Source of the DNA: Bacillota bacterium
GTDB lineage: Bacteria; Bacillota; Ch66; Ch109
Direction: 5' to 3'
Assembly (NCBI GenBank): GCA_050952625.1
Contig: JBMNLH010000003.1
Span: 4,807-68,806 of the forward strand
Length of the DNA: 64,000 nucleotides
Made by a program: the position numbers and the translations under genes. The notes beneath the pieces are model-generated. The model did no database searches, was not told where the DNA came from, and worked only from the letters and a program-made list of their open reading frames with translations. Shown here piece after piece: positions 27,703 through 37,634 of the stretch. Position 1 is the stretch's first letter, and every line of letters starts with the position of its first letter.

Positions 27703-28445
27703 AACTGATCCTCATCTAATATACCTTTAAGAATCTGTTTTTCTTGCTCAATCAATTCCTTGATGCCTTGATTGGCTAAAGCTAAAAACTGCTGCAACTC
27801 TTCATAAGAGAAGGGGTATTCTTCAGCGGTCCCCTGGATCTCGACAAACCGACCCTGGCCGGTCATCACTAGATTCATATCTACTTCCGCCTGAGAGTCC
27901 TCCGCATAGGCCAGGTCCAGCATCACCTGTCCTTGCACCTTACCCACACTAGTGGCTGCCAGATAATCAATCACCGGCAGCCGCTCCAACCCTCCCTGCT
28001 GCTGCAGCCGGGAGAGAGCCAGGACCAGAGCTATAAAACCGCCGGTCACGGAGGCGGTCCGGGTACCGCCATCGGCCTGAATAACGTCACAATCAATCCA
28101 CACTGTCCGTTCGCCGAGACCCTTAAGATCAACAACCGAGCGGAGGGATCGACCAATCAGCCGCTGGATTTCGTGGGTCCTGCCACTCAGCTTGCCCCGA
28201 GTTGCTTCCCGCGGGCTCCTGGAATGAGTTGACCGAGGCAGCAGAGAATACTCCGCGGTTATCCAGCCTTGACCGGTCCCCTTAACGTGCGGCGGTACTC
28301 GGTCTTCAATCGAAGCGGCACACAGCACTTTGGTATCTCCAACCTCAATTAACACCGAACCTTCAGCGTGTTTCAAATAATTCGCCGTGATTACGACCGG
28401 GCGCATCTCTTCGGCCCGACGACCATCCAATCTTTCAATCAACAA
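27690..28445 (-). CDS. rph: Ribonuclease PH
   Basis: Collinear with B. subtilis Rph as I recall it ([62 protein letters not shown]). The ORF track starts at 28484, but AAGGAGG is followed by TTG at about 28445. Confidence 0.9.
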   Translation of the reverse strand: MLIERLDGRRAEEMRPVVITANYLKHAEGSVLIEVGDTKVLCAASIEDRVPPHVKGTGQGWITAEYSLLPRSTHSRSPREATRGKLSGRTHEIQRLIGRSLRSVVDLKGLGERTVWIDCDVIQADGGTRTASVTGGFIALVLALSRLQQQGGLERLPVIDYLAATSVGKVQGQVMLDLAYAEDSQAEVDMNLVMTGQGRFVEIQGTAEEYPFSYEELQQFLALANQGIKELIEQEKQILKGILDEDQLWKS

Positions 28446-28532
28446 ATGAACCTCCTTATTATTAATGTCTGGGTAGAGTCCCATGGACTAATGGTTATAT
28501 TTATCGTATAGCAATGACAACAATGGTGCCGC

Positions 28533-29087
28533 TTAGCTTGATCGCTGGTATTTTTGTCTCCCCAACCGGTACAGATCATTTCCCGCGGCATCAATCACCA
28601 CTATAGCCGGGAAGTCTTCTACCCGCAGCCGCCGAATGGCCTCCGGTCCCAGTTCGGGATAGGCAACCACCTCTGCCTCAACGATACATTTCGCCAGAAG
28701 GGCCCCGGCTCCCCCGATGGCGGCTAAATAAACCGCGCCATGCTTCTGCATGGCTTGAATCACTTCGGCTGAACGGGTTCCCTTGCCCACCATCACTTTC
28801 AAGCCCTGCTCAATCAAGGCGGGGGTGTAGCGATCCATGCGCCCGCTGGTTGTCGGTCCGGCTGAACCAATTACCCAGCCGGGCGGGGCGGGACAGGGGC
28901 CAACATAGTATATAGCTTGCCCGGTTACGGGAATCGGTAGACCCTGGCCTTGGTTCAAGGCCTCAAACAGCCGACGATGCGCCGCGTCCCGGGCGGTATA
29001 GATCAAGCCGGACAAGAGGACCGGCTCCCCCACCCGGAGACGGCGCACCTCTTCCTCAGTCAGGGGAAGATTAAGCTTTTTGATCAT
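28533..29087 (-). CDS. Class I (Fe-S) fumarate hydratase/tartrate dehydratase, beta subunit
   Basis: 184 aa. L.TPLTEEEVR.L.VGE.V.LSG.IYTARDAAH..L is typical of the Fe-S hydro-lyase beta subunit. Overlaps the alpha-subunit stop. Confidence 0.85.
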   Translation of the reverse strand: MIKKLNLPLTEEEVRRLRVGEPVLLSGLIYTARDAAHRRLFEALNQGQGLPIPVTGQAIYYVGPCPAPPGWVIGSAGPTTSGRMDRYTPALIEQGLKVMVGKGTRSAEVIQAMQKHGAVYLAAIGGAGALLAKCIVEAEVVAYPELGPEAIRRLRVEDFPAIVVIDAAGNDLYRLGRQKYQRSS

Positions 29088-29938
29088 AGCACCGCCTCCC
29101 CATGTCGGGCACAGTGACAGTTTAGATTAACCGCGACCGGCAGGCAGGCCATATGCGTCGGGAAATCCTCGATATGTACCGCCAAGGCCGTAACCCGGCC
29201 GCCAAGACCTTGCGGACCAATTCCCAGGTCGTTAATTTGCGTTAAGAGGCGGGCCTCCAACTCCGCCAGCCGGGGGTCCGGATTCCGCTGACCCAGAGGC
29301 CGCAGCAGAGCCTTCTTGGCCAGGATAGCGGCCTTCTCCATGGTCCCACCGAGCCCTACCCCCACCACGATCGGTGGACAGGGATTTGCCCCGGCCCGAT
29401 CAACCACTTCCAGGACAAACCGACTGATTCCCTCAACCCCATCAGCTGGTTTTAACATCCTCAAGCTACTCATATTCTCACTGCCCCCGCCCTTAGGTGC
29501 CAGGGTGATTTTCAGCTGATCGCCATCCGTAAGGTCATAGTGAATGATCGCCGGGGTATTATCGCCGGTATTCACCCGTTCAAATATCCCTTTAACCATC
29601 GATTGACGCAGGTAGCCTTTTTGATAACCGCGCCGGACTCCTTCATTAATCGCCTCGGACAGACTCCCCCCAGTTATTTTGACCTCCTGGCCAAGCTCAA
29701 CAAAGACCACGGCCTGGCCAGTATCCTGACACAACGGAATCTTCTCTTGCTCTGCCAGAGCGATATTCTCCAGTATTTTGGCTAAAACCTCCCGCCCGAC
29801 CGGGGATTCTTCGAGGGTCTGACTCTGCCTGATTGCCTGCCGGACATCCTCTCCCAGCCGATAATTAGTTTCCAGGCAAAGCCGTTCTACCGTATCTCGC
29901 ACCTGAACCGCTGAGACTTCGCGCATAAAACCATCCAT
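29084..29938 (-). CDS. Class I (Fe-S) fumarate hydratase/tartrate dehydratase, alpha subunit
   Basis: 284 aa with [16 protein letters not shown] and the CHC region of Fe-S hydro-lyase alpha domains. Confidence 0.85.
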   Translation of the reverse strand: MDGFMREVSAVQVRDTVERLCLETNYRLGEDVRQAIRQSQTLEESPVGREVLAKILENIALAEQEKIPLCQDTGQAVVFVELGQEVKITGGSLSEAINEGVRRGYQKGYLRQSMVKGIFERVNTGDNTPAIIHYDLTDGDQLKITLAPKGGGSENMSSLRMLKPADGVEGISRFVLEVVDRAGANPCPPIVVGVGLGGTMEKAAILAKKALLRPLGQRNPDPRLAELEARLLTQINDLGIGPQGLGGRVTALAVHIEDFPTHMACLPVAVNLNCHCARHGEAVL

Positions 29939-30019
29939 TCTTACAGTCTAAAGTAGCGCAAAACGTCTTAACACTAACAAACAAATTCTAACAAAGATTA
30001 AATTCATTATAATCGTCAA

Positions 30020-30091
30020 GATTTTTCGCTTTGCTCAGAATTAGTTACGCCTTGACCGCACCCGATCAACGAAAAGTAGTTATATTCATCC
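30020..30091 (+). repeat. RE-B partial copy (B3 module)
   Basis: GATTTTTCGCTTTGCTCAGAATTAGTTACGCCTTGACCGCACCCGATCAACGAAAAGTAGTTATATTCATCC aligns with the reverse complement of 26447-26519. Confidence 0.75.
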
Positions 30092-30135
30092 TATAACAGG
30101 CTGGAATCACACCACACGCTACACGCCCCACACCT

Positions 30136-30180
30136 CACGACTAACGACTAACGACTAACGACTAACGACTCACGACTCAC
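30136..30180. repeat. Heptanucleotide tandem repeat (CGACTAA/CGACTCA, about 6 units)
   Basis: CACGACTAACGACTAACGACTAACGACTAACGACTCACGACTCAC read directly. The last units overlap the stop and C-terminal codons of the MBL-fold gene. Confidence 0.9.
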
Positions 30181-30919
30181 ATCTTATGACCTGCCCCTCG
30201 GTTGCCAGCTCGACCCGGCTGCCAAAGGCTTCTTCCGCTTCACGCCGGCTTACTTCCAGGTCGTATTCCGGGAAAAAGTGGGTGAGGACCAGTTTTTTCA
30301 CCCCGGCGGCCTTGGCAATCTGACCGGCTTGTCGGCTCGTTAAATGTCCTCCGACCTGGCGGCGAATTTGATCATGTTCCTGAAAACCGGCCTCGCACAA
30401 GAAAATATCCGCCCCTTGAATAAAACTGACCAGTTCGTCCTGCCACTGCGTATCCGCGGAGTAAGCGAAAACCTGACCAGTCGTCTTCTCTTCCAGGCGC
30501 AGGGCATAGGTGAGCAGGGGGTGTTTTGTCTGGAGAACCCGCCCCGTAAATTGATCCTGAACCATCCCTTGGCCTAATGGCCGCAGAGTCAAAAATTCAG
30601 GCTGGCGCATCAAGGGTTCCAGAGCACTGGTTGGTTTCTCCGGGGCCCAGATTTCCAGCGGTTGAGAACGGGTACCCATAATAATACTCCCCATGATCGC
30701 GTGGCGCAAGCAGAATAAATCCGCCGCATGGTCCTCATGAAAATGACTGATCACTACCCCATCCAGGCTTCGAAAATCCATCAGTTCCTGCAACCGGCTA
30801 AAGCTGCCGTTGCCACATTCCAAAAGCAACCGGTAACCAGTCAAATCAACCAAATAACCCGGGCAAGCCCCACCTGCCCGGGGATAAGGTGACCAGCAAC
30901 CTAATACAGTTATCTGCAA
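30170..30919 (-). CDS. MBL-fold metallo-hydrolase
   Basis: 249 aa with the HFHEDHAAD (HxHxDH) motif. Confidence 0.8.
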   Translation of the reverse strand: MQITVLGCWSPYPRAGGACPGYLVDLTGYRLLLECGNGSFSRLQELMDFRSLDGVVISHFHEDHAADLFCLRHAIMGSIIMGTRSQPLEIWAPEKPTSALEPLMRQPEFLTLRPLGQGMVQDQFTGRVLQTKHPLLTYALRLEEKTTGQVFAYSADTQWQDELVSFIQGADIFLCEAGFQEHDQIRRQVGGHLTSRQAGQIAKAAGVKKLVLTHFFPEYDLEVSRREAEEAFGSRVELATEGQVIRCES

Positions 30920-30938
30920 ACTAACATCACCCTCACTC

Positions 30939-31826
30939 TTACCGGTCTAAATCCACCTGATCAACTTGCTTAATCAGGTCACCGACCATTCGCTGTCCTA
31001 CCTGCAGGAAGGAATCGGCTCGTCCGGTTGAATAAAAACGATGATCCAGACAACCAGCCCGTTGTTGACTAAGCTGGCCTTGGGCCTTCAAGGTTTTTCC
31101 CACCACAGCCACTGTTTCCTGGGCCGGATCAACCAGGGTAACCGCCTCACCCATTAGCCGCTGAATGACCGGGACCAGGAAAGGATAATGGGTACACCCC
31201 AGAATTAAGGTATCCACCCCGGCCGCGCGCAAAGGCTCCAGGTACTCACGGCAGACCCGCTCTGTTTCCCCGTCATCTAATCGTCCGGCCTCGACCAGGG
31301 GAACTAGTTGGGGACAGGCCTGACTAAAAACCTTTACTTGGGGGTTAATCTGTTCGGCAACTCGGGGAAAAGCCTGGCTCTTAATGGTGGTTTCCGTGGC
31401 GATTACCCCGACTCGACCGTTTCGGGTAATCTGGAGGGCTCGCTGAACACCCGGTTCAATTACCCCAATTATCGGAACAGCAAAATTTTCTTTTAGATAT
31501 TCAAGGGAAACGGCGGAACTGGTGTTACAGGCCGCCACAATCATTTTGGCCCCCTGACTAACCAAAAAACGAGCAATTTGGCCGGCAAAAACTTGCAGTT
31601 CTTCCACGGTTCGAGAACCATATGGCACATGAGCGGTATCCCCCAGGTAGACGACCTTTTCGCTCGGTAGTTTTTCAAACAGGACCCGGACCACGGTCAA
31701 CCCGCCTACCCCTGAATCAAATACGCCAATCGGTCGGTCCTCGGACAAGCTTATCACTTCCGTTCTTTTTATCAACTTCCAAACTTCCCGGTTATTATAC
31801 CACAAGGAGGTCCGGATAAAAGCCAA
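30939..31826 (-). CDS. murI: Glutamate racemase
   Basis: Motifs IGVFDSGVGGLTV, ACNT and GCTHYP. The true start is probably internal (about 31748-31757, just before LSEDRPIGVFDSG). Confidence 0.9.
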   Translation of the reverse strand: MAFIRTSLWYNNREVWKLIKRTEVISLSEDRPIGVFDSGVGGLTVVRVLFEKLPSEKVVYLGDTAHVPYGSRTVEELQVFAGQIARFLVSQGAKMIVAACNTSSAVSLEYLKENFAVPIIGVIEPGVQRALQITRNGRVGVIATETTIKSQAFPRVAEQINPQVKVFSQACPQLVPLVEAGRLDDGETERVCREYLEPLRAAGVDTLILGCTHYPFLVPVIQRLMGEAVTLVDPAQETVAVVGKTLKAQGQLSQQRAGCLDHRFYSTGRADSFLQVGQRMVGDLIKQVDQVDLDR

Positions 31827-32453
31827 TCACTTGATCAAGGCGGTATTCCGTACCAGCGGCTGAGTTAAATCAATCTTTCCCGCCAACGTTTCGACTACCT
31901 GTCCATCAATCAGTATTTGAACCTCTTTGATTGTGGGAAACTGAGTCAGGGTATTAACTACCGAATAGACTGCCAGTTCCTCGGCGTTGTTCTTTTTGTC
32001 TAAGTTAGCTCTAAACTCCCGGCTGAGGTCCACAATACACCGGCCATCGGACCGGACATTAATATCCAATAGTGAGGCCCCCAAGGGAATAGGGGAAGTT
32101 AACGACGATCCAATGGCTGGTCCCCGGATTAGTTCCTGAAGCGCGGCCCGGGCAATGCCGGTAACTTTCGGAATACTTTTCTTTTCACTGACCAGTTTAC
32201 CGCTTTGGTCATCCACAAAAAAAGTCTCCACCGCTACCATTTCCTGCTCCGGCACGGTGTTTTCCCCAATAACCACAGAATGTAAATCAGTCCCAGTTGA
32301 TGAGGGATATAGCGGATCGCTATTTTGCATCTGCCCGTCTTCCTGCCCCACCTCGTTACCGGAAAATGGCCACCAGCCGCAGCCCGTCCCGATTAGTCCT
32401 ACTAGCACCAATAAACCCCCGAGGACTAATGGGGTTAACAAACTTCTTTTCAC
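31827..32453 (-). CDS. gerM: GerM-like lipoprotein (GerMN domain)
   Basis: 208 aa. Lipobox LIGTGCG, a GerMN-like region (..ALQELIRGP....L.SPIP.G..LL.I....DG...VDLS.EF) and synteny with murI and rph. Confidence 0.7.
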   Translation of the reverse strand: MKRSLLTPLVLGGLLVLVGLIGTGCGWWPFSGNEVGQEDGQMQNSDPLYPSSTGTDLHSVVIGENTVPEQEMVAVETFFVDDQSGKLVSEKKSIPKVTGIARAALQELIRGPAIGSSLTSPIPLGASLLDINVRSDGRCIVDLSREFRANLDKKNNAEELAVYSVVNTLTQFPTIKEVQILIDGQVVETLAGKIDLTQPLVRNTALIK

Positions 32454-32598
32454 CGTGCATTCCTCCTTTACCTATTTTTACTAAATAGATATCGCAGTTA
32501 ACCGGCATTTATGCCACAAATTTTAATAATTAAACACATAGGACACCTAAATGCCTTGATGTAGACGGACTTAGATAGAAACGGCGAATGAAAATGAA

Positions 32599-32632
32599 TA
32601 ACCCCCACTTGTTGAAAAAGCGGGGGTTCTCC
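32599..32632 (-). repeat. RE-A-like hairpin 1, acting as terminator of the vWA gene
   Basis: Minus strand: AACCCCCGC..GTGGGGGTT followed by ATTCATTTT. Confidence 0.55.
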
Positions 32633-32692
32633 TTATTCAAATATATTAATCAATCTTAAAAATTATTTTATCTAAGCTCGAAGCTGACGAAT

Positions 32693-34483
32693 TCATTCCC
32701 GCTGACTGGAAATAAGCTCGCGTTCTTCCTGCATCACCTGGATCAGTGTATCTCGATTTAGGTAATCGACCACGTAAAGCGTGCCATGAGCAGCATTGGC
32801 CAGTTCTCGTAAAAACTCTCGATTCGCCTGCACGCCAATACAGGCTAGTCGAATTTTAGCCTCCTCCAGCATCCGCGCTGCTTTCAGGGCATCCGCTTTC
32901 GAATCATAGGTCCATAACGGATAAGTGGGCATTCCATCCGTAATTAAAACTAAGAGAGGGTTTTGGACACCGGATTCCTGAATTAACTCCAGACTCTTCA
33001 TAATTCCGCTCGCCAGCGGGGTCATCCCCTCTGGAACAACCGACCGTAACCCCATTCGTAGTCGCTTCTGATTCCGGGTAAAGGGGACCGCGACCCGGGC
33101 GTTCATCTCCTGAAAGACTACTACGGCCACCCGCTCTCGAGAGGAGAGCAAAAGATATTCTGCTAGTTGCCAGGCAGCTTGGCTCTTGTCCCCGGCCATA
33201 CTGGCACTGCAATCCACCAACAGACAGATATTAATCGGGGTATAGGATCGCTTTCCGTACACCTGAATATCGTCCTGAGTGATCCGGACCCGTTTTAAAC
33301 CATCCTGCAGGCTTTGTTTGGCCCCTTCCATGACGGTTTCTGACACGGCCACGACACTGCTCGTGTTATCCTCCAGCCGAGGTAAAACCTTACGCTTGTT
33401 GATTTTTTCCTTGGTTCTGGTTTCAGTTTTCGTTCGCGTCAAGCGTTGATAACGTTTGGAGCCTTTCGGGAAGCGCCGCATGATCACGCGGTACAAGGCT
33501 TCCATTTCTTGTTGATTATAAATGAGATATTGACGCAGATTCTCCCCTTCTTCGGTTAAGGACAAACCCAGGATGCCCTTATCCACCAGGCCAGCCTCAA
33601 TAAGCTTATCGATGATCGGGGTTAGATCCCCTTGCAATTTTCGCGAAGGCCGGTTGGTCATTCTTTGAAAAATGTTGCCCTTCATATTGTCCAAAAAATT
33701 TCTTACTTCCTCTACCCCACCAAAGCGGCGAGCTAAGGCAATAATCGCCTGTTTTTGGTTTTGCACGCGAATAATCTCATCTGTTTCCCCTCTTCGGCTG
33801 GAAAACCAAGGCAGGCTGAAGCCCCGGACATCTTCCGACTGCACTCCTTTTTGAAAACCGTGAGTAATGCCCATTATTTTTTGGATTTGATAACCCTGTT
33901 CCTGAATTGCCGCTTCAACCGCCTCTACTAAATCCAGGACCAGGCCATATCCTTCCTCAGGCAGTTCAGCCACGAGGTGGACATGGTCCGTTAAATCTTC
34001 GGGGATCTCAGTGTACTGGTCATAGCCCACTTCCACTAGACGCCGGACATTCCCCATTCCCTCCTCAGTCGCTATCCAAATCCTGGAAGCGACATCCGAA
34101 GGTTCTTTAAAACGTTCTATATTTAAGGATTGGCTGGCAGTCGCCTGGTCCGCCAAGAAGGTATTAATCGCGGACCAGATTCGCCGGGCTAACGGCACGA
34201 CTTGTATCCGGGCTGCTTCATGATAGACATCAATATGCACTGCCCGGTCCGGTTCAGTACACTGACAATAGTATTGACCCGCATCTTGTTCGATCAAGAT
34301 CTGAATATGCGGAAACAGCCGGGGACTCTTTTGGTGCAGCCGCCGGCTAACCACCGCGGTCTCACCAATGCGCACCCCCTGCTGCTTATTGAAATAAACC
34401 TTTAAATAATTGGCTAGGGTTGAGCGTTTGGCGATCAGGTTTTGTTCTTCCTTGATAAGCCACCCACTCCTTTCCTCAGGCAC
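32693..34483 (-). CDS. vWA-domain protein (BchD/ChlD C-terminal-like) with a novel N-terminal region
   Basis: 596 aa. C-terminal vWA domain with MIDAS LVDCSASMAG..T; a basic linker KGSKRYQRLTRTKTETRTKEKINKRK; a possible winged-helix segment (IIDKLIEAGLVDKGILGLSLTEEGENL). No AAA module in the N-terminal 380 aa. Confidence 0.75.
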   Translation of the reverse strand: MPEERSGWLIKEEQNLIAKRSTLANYLKVYFNKQQGVRIGETAVVSRRLHQKSPRLFPHIQILIEQDAGQYYCQCTEPDRAVHIDVYHEAARIQVVPLARRIWSAINTFLADQATASQSLNIERFKEPSDVASRIWIATEEGMGNVRRLVEVGYDQYTEIPEDLTDHVHLVAELPEEGYGLVLDLVEAVEAAIQEQGYQIQKIMGITHGFQKGVQSEDVRGFSLPWFSSRRGETDEIIRVQNQKQAIIALARRFGGVEEVRNFLDNMKGNIFQRMTNRPSRKLQGDLTPIIDKLIEAGLVDKGILGLSLTEEGENLRQYLIYNQQEMEALYRVIMRRFPKGSKRYQRLTRTKTETRTKEKINKRKVLPRLEDNTSSVVAVSETVMEGAKQSLQDGLKRVRITQDDIQVYGKRSYTPINICLLVDCSASMAGDKSQAAWQLAEYLLLSSRERVAVVVFQEMNARVAVPFTRNQKRLRMGLRSVVPEGMTPLASGIMKSLELIQESGVQNPLLVLITDGMPTYPLWTYDSKADALKAARMLEEAKIRLACIGVQANREFLRELANAAHGTLYVVDYLNRDTLIQVMQEERELISSQRE

Positions 34484-34544
34484 AGGCCGCTAAAACCATC
34501 AAAGACTTAGCATAAGACGGACCGGGGTTTAAACCTCACGACAT

Positions 34545-35831
34545 TTACCGCTCCGGAGGACGAAGATCTTTTTCCGTGCGCAAAAGTTCATCTCTGCCTA
34601 AATCACTAAGTCGTCGAGCTTTCAGGAGATTGCTGCTTTCGGGATTATCCCGTTCGGCCGAATCCAAGGCTTTATTACTGTCACGGCCGCCGAAAAACGA
34701 TTTTAAGCCCTTGCCCCCGCGTTTTCCATCGTCAAATGAACCCGCGGTTGGCTCTCGCCGCGAAGCCTCCAAAAAACCTCCATCATCACCCTTATCTAAA
34801 TTATTCATTATTTTGGTTAAAGTATCTACCTCGACTCGGTGTTTTAAAGCTAAGGGCAACACTTTAATGATATCGCTAACTAGGACCTGTTTCCGTTCTT
34901 TTAAGACTGTATGCAGCACTGCCGCCTGTTGAATCCCTTCAATCGCCCGCAGACTCTCAACGTGGTATTTCAGGTAAATGCGGGCGATAAAGTTCCTCAG
35001 GAAGTCCGGCATACCGACACCCCGGTTTTCTTCCGCAATTTTTTGAAATCGCTTGAGAATCTTTAGATCTTCTTCAGCGTTGCCATCGCTGCCGATTTGT
35101 CCGAAACGAACCATTTCGCTTTGCAGTAAAATGTCAGCCACTGTCTCTAAACTGTTCGGCCGACCCATGTAAAGAACCAAATCAAAACGATCCGACAATT
35201 GTTTTCGGATTTCCTCAAGCGGCCCGGGCTCTTCATCTGGGTTAGAGGCTGCCCAAATTGAGACCTGAACCGGGATCTGGACCAACGGGATTCCCGCTTC
35301 CTCAATCTGAATCCGGCCTGGTTTTGTTCCCATTACGTCCAGCAGAACATCGGTTATCTCCGGGGAAGTATCCGCTAAACGATTAATCTCGTCGACAAAG
35401 ATTATCCCCCGATGGGCCTGCGGGACAACCCCGGGTAAAATCGCCGCCGTGGGCTGGGTTGGATCGGTAATTTTCGCTAAGTCAATACTGCCGACCACGG
35501 TTCCGATCTTGGCCGAGTGGGAGATTTCCAAATAGGGCATCGGGATCCACTCTGTCCCGATTTCGGCTATTTGCTCCGGGGTTAAACCGGCATGGTGCGG
35601 ACAGTGCGGCTTTTTCGGATCACAATTATATAAACAGTTTTTAATCCGTTCAATGGGAGGCAGCACATTTTTGGCCGCCCGCATAATGGTAGTTTTGCCC
35701 GTTCCCCGTAAGCCTTCGGCATGAATGTGCAACGGGTCATTCCACAAAGTGGATATAATCGACATCTCTACCATTTCAAACAGGGTCTCATTCCCGTAAT
35801 GTCTTGCTAATCGGTGGTATGGTTTCATCAC
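34545..35831 (-). CDS. BchI/ChlI-like AAA+ ATPase
   Basis: 428 aa, collinear with Mg-chelatase subunit I as I recall it: Walker A GLRGTGKTT, GSIDLAKI, Walker B RGIIFVDEINRL, DVLLDVM, SNPDEEPGPL..LSDRFD. It has an extra Cys/His cluster CLYNCDPKKPHCPHH and a roughly 70 aa charged, Gly-rich tail. Confidence 0.8.
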   Translation of the reverse strand: MMKPYHRLARHYGNETLFEMVEMSIISTLWNDPLHIHAEGLRGTGKTTIMRAAKNVLPPIERIKNCLYNCDPKKPHCPHHAGLTPEQIAEIGTEWIPMPYLEISHSAKIGTVVGSIDLAKITDPTQPTAAILPGVVPQAHRGIIFVDEINRLADTSPEITDVLLDVMGTKPGRIQIEEAGIPLVQIPVQVSIWAASNPDEEPGPLEEIRKQLSDRFDLVLYMGRPNSLETVADILLQSEMVRFGQIGSDGNAEEDLKILKRFQKIAEENRGVGMPDFLRNFIARIYLKYHVESLRAIEGIQQAAVLHTVLKERKQVLVSDIIKVLPLALKHRVEVDTLTKIMNNLDKGDDGGFLEASRREPTAGSFDDGKRGGKGLKSFFGGRDSNKALDSAERDNPESSNLLKARRLSDLGRDELLRTEKDLRPPER

Positions 35832-35981
35832 AGCTACCCCCCAACATTTTGACTCCCAATTTTCTTAAGGCACCCTATAAATCACGAAGGATTTCAGATA
35901 ATAAGTATTTATAAGAGTTCGACACCGACCGGTTTTTTCCTTCAGCAAAAACAAATTAGTTTCACAATTCACAAAACTAGC

Positions 35982-36530
35982 TCACTTAACCCAGCGTAGA
36001 ATCTGTTTAAATTCGGGAGTGCCAGCAATGTGCATAAGGTCAAAAGTGACCAATTCAGTGCTGGTGATGACTACCCCCATTTCCCGCAGTAGGTTTATCG
36101 CTGTTTGACAGTTAAGGTCGGCTCGGGAATCAACGGCATCAGCTACCAAGTAACATTGATACCCCTCTCGCTGCAAATCGCGCACTGTTTGAAAAACGCA
36201 AACGTGGGCCTCAATCCCGGTCACAATTATTTGGTCCCTTCCCCGGCGTTTTAATTCCGCCAACAATTCTGGGGTTGCCGCTGTGAAAGTCATTTTTTCA
36301 AATTTAGCTAGATCCAATCCAGTAAGATCTACTGATTCCAAAGTTGGCCCTAACCCCCGGGGATTCTGTTCGGTTACGATCACCGGGAGATTTAAGGTGC
36401 GGGCTACTTGAAGCAATAAATTAGTTTGTTTTAAGAGCTGGTCCTGGTGAGCCATCGCCACAAATAATTTTTCCTGTAAATCAACGATTAGTAATAAGGC
36501 CCGTTCCTTCTGAAGATAAAATTTATCCAT
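35982..36530 (-). CDS. Isochorismatase-family cysteine hydrolase
   Basis: 182 aa with LLIVDLQEKLF, VIVTEQ and the GIEAHVCVFQT catalytic Cys motif. Confidence 0.85.
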   Translation of the reverse strand: MDKFYLQKERALLLIVDLQEKLFVAMAHQDQLLKQTNLLLQVARTLNLPVIVTEQNPRGLGPTLESVDLTGLDLAKFEKMTFTAATPELLAELKRRGRDQIIVTGIEAHVCVFQTVRDLQREGYQCYLVADAVDSRADLNCQTAINLLREMGVVITSTELVTFDLMHIAGTPEFKQILRWVK

Positions 36531-36750
36531 TCTTAGCCACCTCTCATCTTTAATCTGGTTTATCTCGTCTTAATATACCATTGCTTTCTCTGTGTGCAAG
36601 ATACCGAGGTATCTGATATTGCTCGGGAATTATCTTATGAACTTTCATAATCTTTCTTCTATTTTAAACTAGAAAGACACTGATGAAAAGCTATACCTTA
36701 AAATATGGTATACTGTAATTAGCCCGTGTGTTCGAATAGGAGGGATTCGC

Positions 36751-37623
36751 ATGCGTTATGAAGGAGCTATTTTTCGACCGCCCAGTGAAGCCGGCAGCCT
36801 GCTGATCCAGGCAACCATTGGCTGTCCCCACAACAGATGTACCTTTTGCGGGTTGTATAAAAAAAAGAAATTCCGCATCCGTCCGGTGGCTGAAATTAAA
36901 GAAGACCTCTGGATGGCACGTGACACTTACGGCAACGGAATCAGGACTATCTTTTTTCCCGATGGCAATTCGATAGTTTTGAAAACAGCTGAATTGATCG
37001 AGATCTTTGAGTTTGCCCAGCAGCTTTTCCCTCATCTCGAAAGAATAACCATCTATGGCTCAGCCAGATTCCTCCTCAGGAAATCGCTTGACGACTTAAA
37101 AGCCCTGCGGCAGGCTGGCCTTGGCCGAATTCATTCCGGCATGGAGTCAGGCGACGACGAGGTGCTGCGCCGAATTCAAAAAGGGGCGACCGCTGACCAA
37201 ATTATTGAAGCCGGCTGTCGAGTCAAAGAAGCGGGGATTGAATTAAGCGAATACCTGTTGATTGGCATTGGCGGCCGAGAACTTTCTCAGCAGCACGCGC
37301 TGGGAAGTGCCCGAGTCCTCAATGCGATCGATCCTGATTTTATTAGAGTGCGCACTTATACCCCGGTTCCCAAAACGCCTTTGGGCCAAGAATATCTGGC
37401 CGGGAGCTTTCAACTTCCCAGCCCCCACGAAGCAATTAAAGAACTCCGTTTAATTCTGGAAAACCTCAAGACCACCGGCCTCTTCCTGAGTGACCACATT
37501 TCCAATTATGCCAACATTAACGGAAAATTACCAGAGGATAAAGAAAAGATGCTGCAAATACTTGATTATGCCCTGACTATTGATGAATCAAAGTTTCCGA
37601 GCCAGGATTATCGATACATGTAG
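36751..37623 (+). CDS. Radical SAM protein (unassigned family)
   Basis: 290 aa with Cys motif GCPHNRCTFCGLY (C-x4-C-x2-C as read) and GMESGDDEVL. GGAGGGA RBS upstream. Confidence 0.75.
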   Translation: MRYEGAIFRPPSEAGSLLIQATIGCPHNRCTFCGLYKKKKFRIRPVAEIKEDLWMARDTYGNGIRTIFFPDGNSIVLKTAELIEIFEFAQQLFPHLERITIYGSARFLLRKSLDDLKALRQAGLGRIHSGMESGDDEVLRRIQKGATADQIIEAGCRVKEAGIELSEYLLIGIGGRELSQQHALGSARVLNAIDPDFIRVRTYTPVPKTPLGQEYLAGSFQLPSPHEAIKELRLILENLKTTGLFLSDHISNYANINGKLPEDKEKMLQILDYALTIDESKFPSQDYRYM

Positions 37624-37634
37624 GAGGAATCGGC

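Noticed and set aside
36691-37035. 114-aa minus-strand ORF overlapping the radical SAM gene start
   Set aside because: It is antisense to a CDS with clear radical SAM motifs and a good RBS. It has no motif or RBS of its own.
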